Below are positions 60,317 to 64,000 of a DNA stretch of 64,000 nt, in pieces (position 1 is the stretch's first letter; each line of letters starts with the position of its first letter). Origin of the DNA: Zootoca vivipara (lineage: Eukaryota); contig NC_083277.1 of assembly GCF_963506605.1 (NCBI RefSeq), positions 63,984,001 to 64,048,000 of the forward strand. The letters are read 5' to 3'. The position numbers and the translations under genes were made by a program. Below the pieces are notes generated by a model, which did not search any database, had not been told where the DNA came from, and was given only the letters and a program-made list of their open reading frames with translations.

Positions 60317-61106
60317 TCCCCTTGAATTTCTTGAGTCACTGCCCTTGCTGATCAAGTTAGTTATCTCTTTCACTTCTTCCAAAAATATTGCTCTATAAAT
60401 TCAAAGGAGTCCTGGATTCTAGCCAGGAAAGACACCGAAAGACAGTTCTTTGCACGTACCACTCCTGTGCATGTACAATTTGTACACTCACAATTTCTTT
60501 TAGAAGTTCTGCTGCATCCATATAGTGCTCTAGCTATCAAATTAATATTTTTATCTAAGGGTGGGGATAAGTAGCACTAAAATTATAGGTGAGGTAAGAG
60601 CCCATAATGAAATATGTAACCACGGGCCTCCACGGTTGTGGCAATCACCCTGTAGAAGCAACTGTACCAAAAAGAACACTTTTAAAATCAGCAGGTTGAA
60701 ACATAGTGAGAATTTACTTCCAGTGAAGTATTACTGGAAAGCTTTTTTTTTTAATAGGTATTGCGTCGCTATTGGTTTTCAGCTGCTACTAGTTTAAAAT
60801 GTTTTTATCAACATATACTTTTAATTTTCTGTTTTATTGTCTGTCACTTTGGGTTATTAACAGAGAAGCAACTATCAAGCTCCATAATAAAATATAGGCT
60901 CTTTTGGTGTTCTCTGGTTCCCATGACTACTGCAGCCATTCACAGAGTTCATTAGTGTCTGAAGCCAAGTGCTAACATCTGAGCCTTTAGATTTTTCTCC
61001 TCTGATAATCTGAACGCAAATGTCCCTCAAATCAGCTCACTTTCTAACAACTTGCACAATGCATTTGGCAGATGTGCTTCCCAGTGATTCTAATGGGAAT
61101 ATATAA

Positions 61107-61190
61107 TAATCCTATAACGCTTACTCAGAAGTAAGTCAAATAGAGATCACTGGGACTAACTCTCAGGTAAATTTATATATGATTGCAGCC
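61107..61190. mobile_element. Small old palindromic MITE (other degenerate copies near 1630-1715, 45025-45100, 48963-49052)
   Basis: AATCCTAT..CTTACTCAGAAGTAAG....ATGATTGCAGCC, a recurring self-complementary pattern in the window. Confidence 0.45.
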
Positions 61191-64000
61191 TTTAGTTGTA
61201 TGTTCGGCACCTCCCAGCATGCTTCAGATGCCTAGTCCACTTTATAAAATAAATAAATAATTGCCATATAATTCTTTTGCGTTTGTTTGCCATTAATTTC
61301 TTTTTTTAACCCAAATCTATTTTAAGTTACAAAACCACTGCAGCAATTGGAGGGAGGGTTGGGACACTTCAGGTGGAATCCAATTATTGCAGTGCACAGT
61401 TGACCTCTACTGGAAAGTGGCAGGGCTGGTTTTCATGGAGTTTAACCTTGGACAGAAAATTGTTCAGCATTCTGTATACAACAAGACCTCCACAGCAGCT
61501 TAACCTCAAATAATATTCATTTGTATCCAGCATCAATGAGTGTTTTCTGCCCCAAATCTAGTTAAGGCAAACCTTGGGCTGAAATCTTGTATCATACAAC
61601 CTTGACTCAATTGCCTTGAATTCAAAGGAATTCAAAGGAGCATCTCTCTGATCATCAAAAGAATAACTGGACAAACTTGTATAAACTTGTTTTAAATTTC
61701 TATTGTTACTACAAAAGAAGGGTATCTTAAATTTTAGCTGTAACCTTCCTTGTGTTTGGTTTTTAGTTCTCATTCCATCTTATACAAAGATTTGTTGTTA
61801 TGGTGATAATTCCTGTAGGGATACATCACAGCACAGTGTTGGAGATGTTATTGTCATTGTTATTATAATTACCTTGCTGAAAGAGGATGTTGCCCCATTT
61901 CTGACCTTTCATTTCTTAACATTGTCTTCAACTTATATTGGGGATACTAGCAATATCTTTGCTGTGGTGCACAACATTTAAAATTAAAAACGTCTCATCA
62001 ACATTTTAAAAAAGTAATCATGGAGGCATTAAATCCATGTTTTATGATGAGCAAGAAAGCCTTCTAAAAGTTTAGCTAAGCCACAGTTCAGAGCAAATTA
62101 GGGTTTCAGATTGGTTTAGATTTGTAACACAATATGAGTCAGTGGGCTGGTCATGCATCCATATTCTTCTCAATGATTGCAGCATCAAATAGCAACTTGC
62201 ATATATGCATGAGCCTTCCACGGTTCCAGTTTTGCAAATGGAAATTTTAATATAATCTGCTCATCTCAAACACAGTAATTTCCAGTGCAATCGATTAATA
62301 CATTCTGTGGGTCATCAGACACTGAGAGATGAAATGGTGAAAAATCAAGAGGTGTGAACAATTGTTTCTATCTCACTTAGAGCTGGAGACAAAGCAGCAA
62401 AATAGGTTTGCCTTCAAAACGCACTGTTGTGGGATGGGGACAACAAATAGATCAACAATGAGGCTTCAAACAGAGGGATATTATGTGGATCTAATTGATT
62501 CTGGTGGAACCCACAGTGTAATAAGAATAATAAACAAATAAAACCGCATGACTTCATCTCTTTATTCTGTCTATTCTTGTACTTTAGAAGTTTCTCCACC
62601 TGCCTTGCACTTCTCCCAGGAATGATGCAGCCATTACAATAAAGGTACTTGCTAATTTGCCAAAAGGCAAGGGGGGGATTAGTGGGTTCCCATTTGTATG
62701 TATAATTATTCAGTTAGCCCTTTTAGAATTGCCCCAGTTTACATTTTAGAACTGGTTTTTTAAAAGTTTGGGCAGGGAAGAGAACACTAGGCTACATGGA
62801 AAGCAAATTGCTAGCAATCCTATTAACAGCTCAGAGCCTCATCTACAGGTTTCCCTGTTTGAGGCTGGCAGTGTTTGGTACACAGCATGTATGAAATGCC
62901 CATGCTTTGTCTAATGCCAGACCAATACATGCAAAATTTGGAACAAATTAAGCAAACAGCAGAGAGGTTATCTCATATTGTACTCCCAGAAAACATTGGC
63001 TTTGCAGCCGAGATCAAAGCAGCGCTAGGATTCCACATGGAATGCTCACACGGATTCCAAACTGTCCACCGAAGGGCTGGTATGGTAAATCTCTCTCATT
63101 AAAATGCCAGACTCCTTGACAGGCCAGCTTGTGATCTTTGCAGGAAGGAGGCCAAGCCAGGCAAAAGCTCTACATCTGTAAAGTGTACCTCTCTAGAACT
63201 AAACACACAGAGGAGCACCAAGGGTGGCAGGGCACACTACAAACATCGCAGGAGCTGTCACCCCAAAGGACAGCCCCTTGCCAGCAATTTCCCTCCCCTG
63301 CCATCAGTGCAGCTGTGGAGAAGAGGGATTCTTTTCTAAGAAACAAAACAGATAACAGAATGCATCTCCAAGATATGTGCTTTATCTGTGTTAAACCAGG
63401 GAGTGAGGCAATTTGGCATGGGGCAACACAGAGAGAGGTGGTTAACCTTCCTCCCCAACTCAGAAGACACACCTATTCCTCTCTCTACAAAGCCAAACAT
63501 ACAGCCGCCTGTACTGTGCATATGTATGTTTTCACCTTAGTGGCTAATAGCAGGCACAAAGCTTACGCAGTAGTTAAACTGTGGTATGGAGGCAGGAGGG
63601 CTTAAACCTCTTCCCTGTACCTGAACCCTGCTCCAAATCAACAGAAAGAGGGAGTTGCTTTTAGCAGCAGCACCAAGTGTCAAAAATGCAGTCCTGCCTA
63701 CTGGCAAGATTAGTAGGAAGGAAGAGTCATTGTGTTACATTGCTCTTTTTTGCTTGTCATATATTCTTGAAAAACTATTTTATTTTGTGTTTTTAAGAAA
63801 TGCAGTCCTGCGTCGCCACAGTTACATCTGGCCCTTCAAAATAATTACATGTGTTTCCATGTTAAAGGTTGTGGGGTTTGTGTGTAGGAAAGCACATTGT
63901 AATGATGGCCAGGCATGGGATAAATTGAACCAAACAAGGGGAGGAGGCAATTAAATATGAGGCTACTCCCCATATCCACACTGTTCTGACGAGATATGCC

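Noticed and set aside
1-64000. CRISPR arrays, operons or prokaryotic defence systems
   Set aside because: The sequence is vertebrate intergenic/intronic DNA. I saw no regularly spaced repeat-spacer array or dense gene cluster.

Overview
This is vertebrate nuclear DNA, almost certainly a squamate and probably a lacertid lizard (inferred from Sauria/POM-type SINEs, BovB LINEs, and CR1, L2 and Penelope repeats). It is not prokaryotic: I saw no operons, CRISPR arrays or rRNA. The only host gene I can support is an intronless class A GPCR coding exon on the minus strand (27845-29005, 386 aa). It belongs to the neuropeptide Y Y2 subfamily and is most likely NPY7R, a receptor lost in mammals. The rest is intronic or intergenic DNA packed with transposons, many with readable target-site duplications (TSDs), plus microsatellites and two N gaps. 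Most short ORFs in the track are repeat shadows. The most notable structures are: (1) Penelope-like elements carrying minimal type I hammerhead ribozymes, one with a complete core (34843-34880); (2) a composite, apparently twin-primed BovB insertion (51707-52847) that captured about 300 bp of DNA from 16 kb upstream; (3) a TSD-flanked 1.14 kb non-coding L1-like element; (4) a Bov-A-like BovB deletion derivative; (5) an unidentified CpG-rich, highly structured element with an L2-like tail. I found no novel multi-gene system. Family names come from recognition, not database searches.
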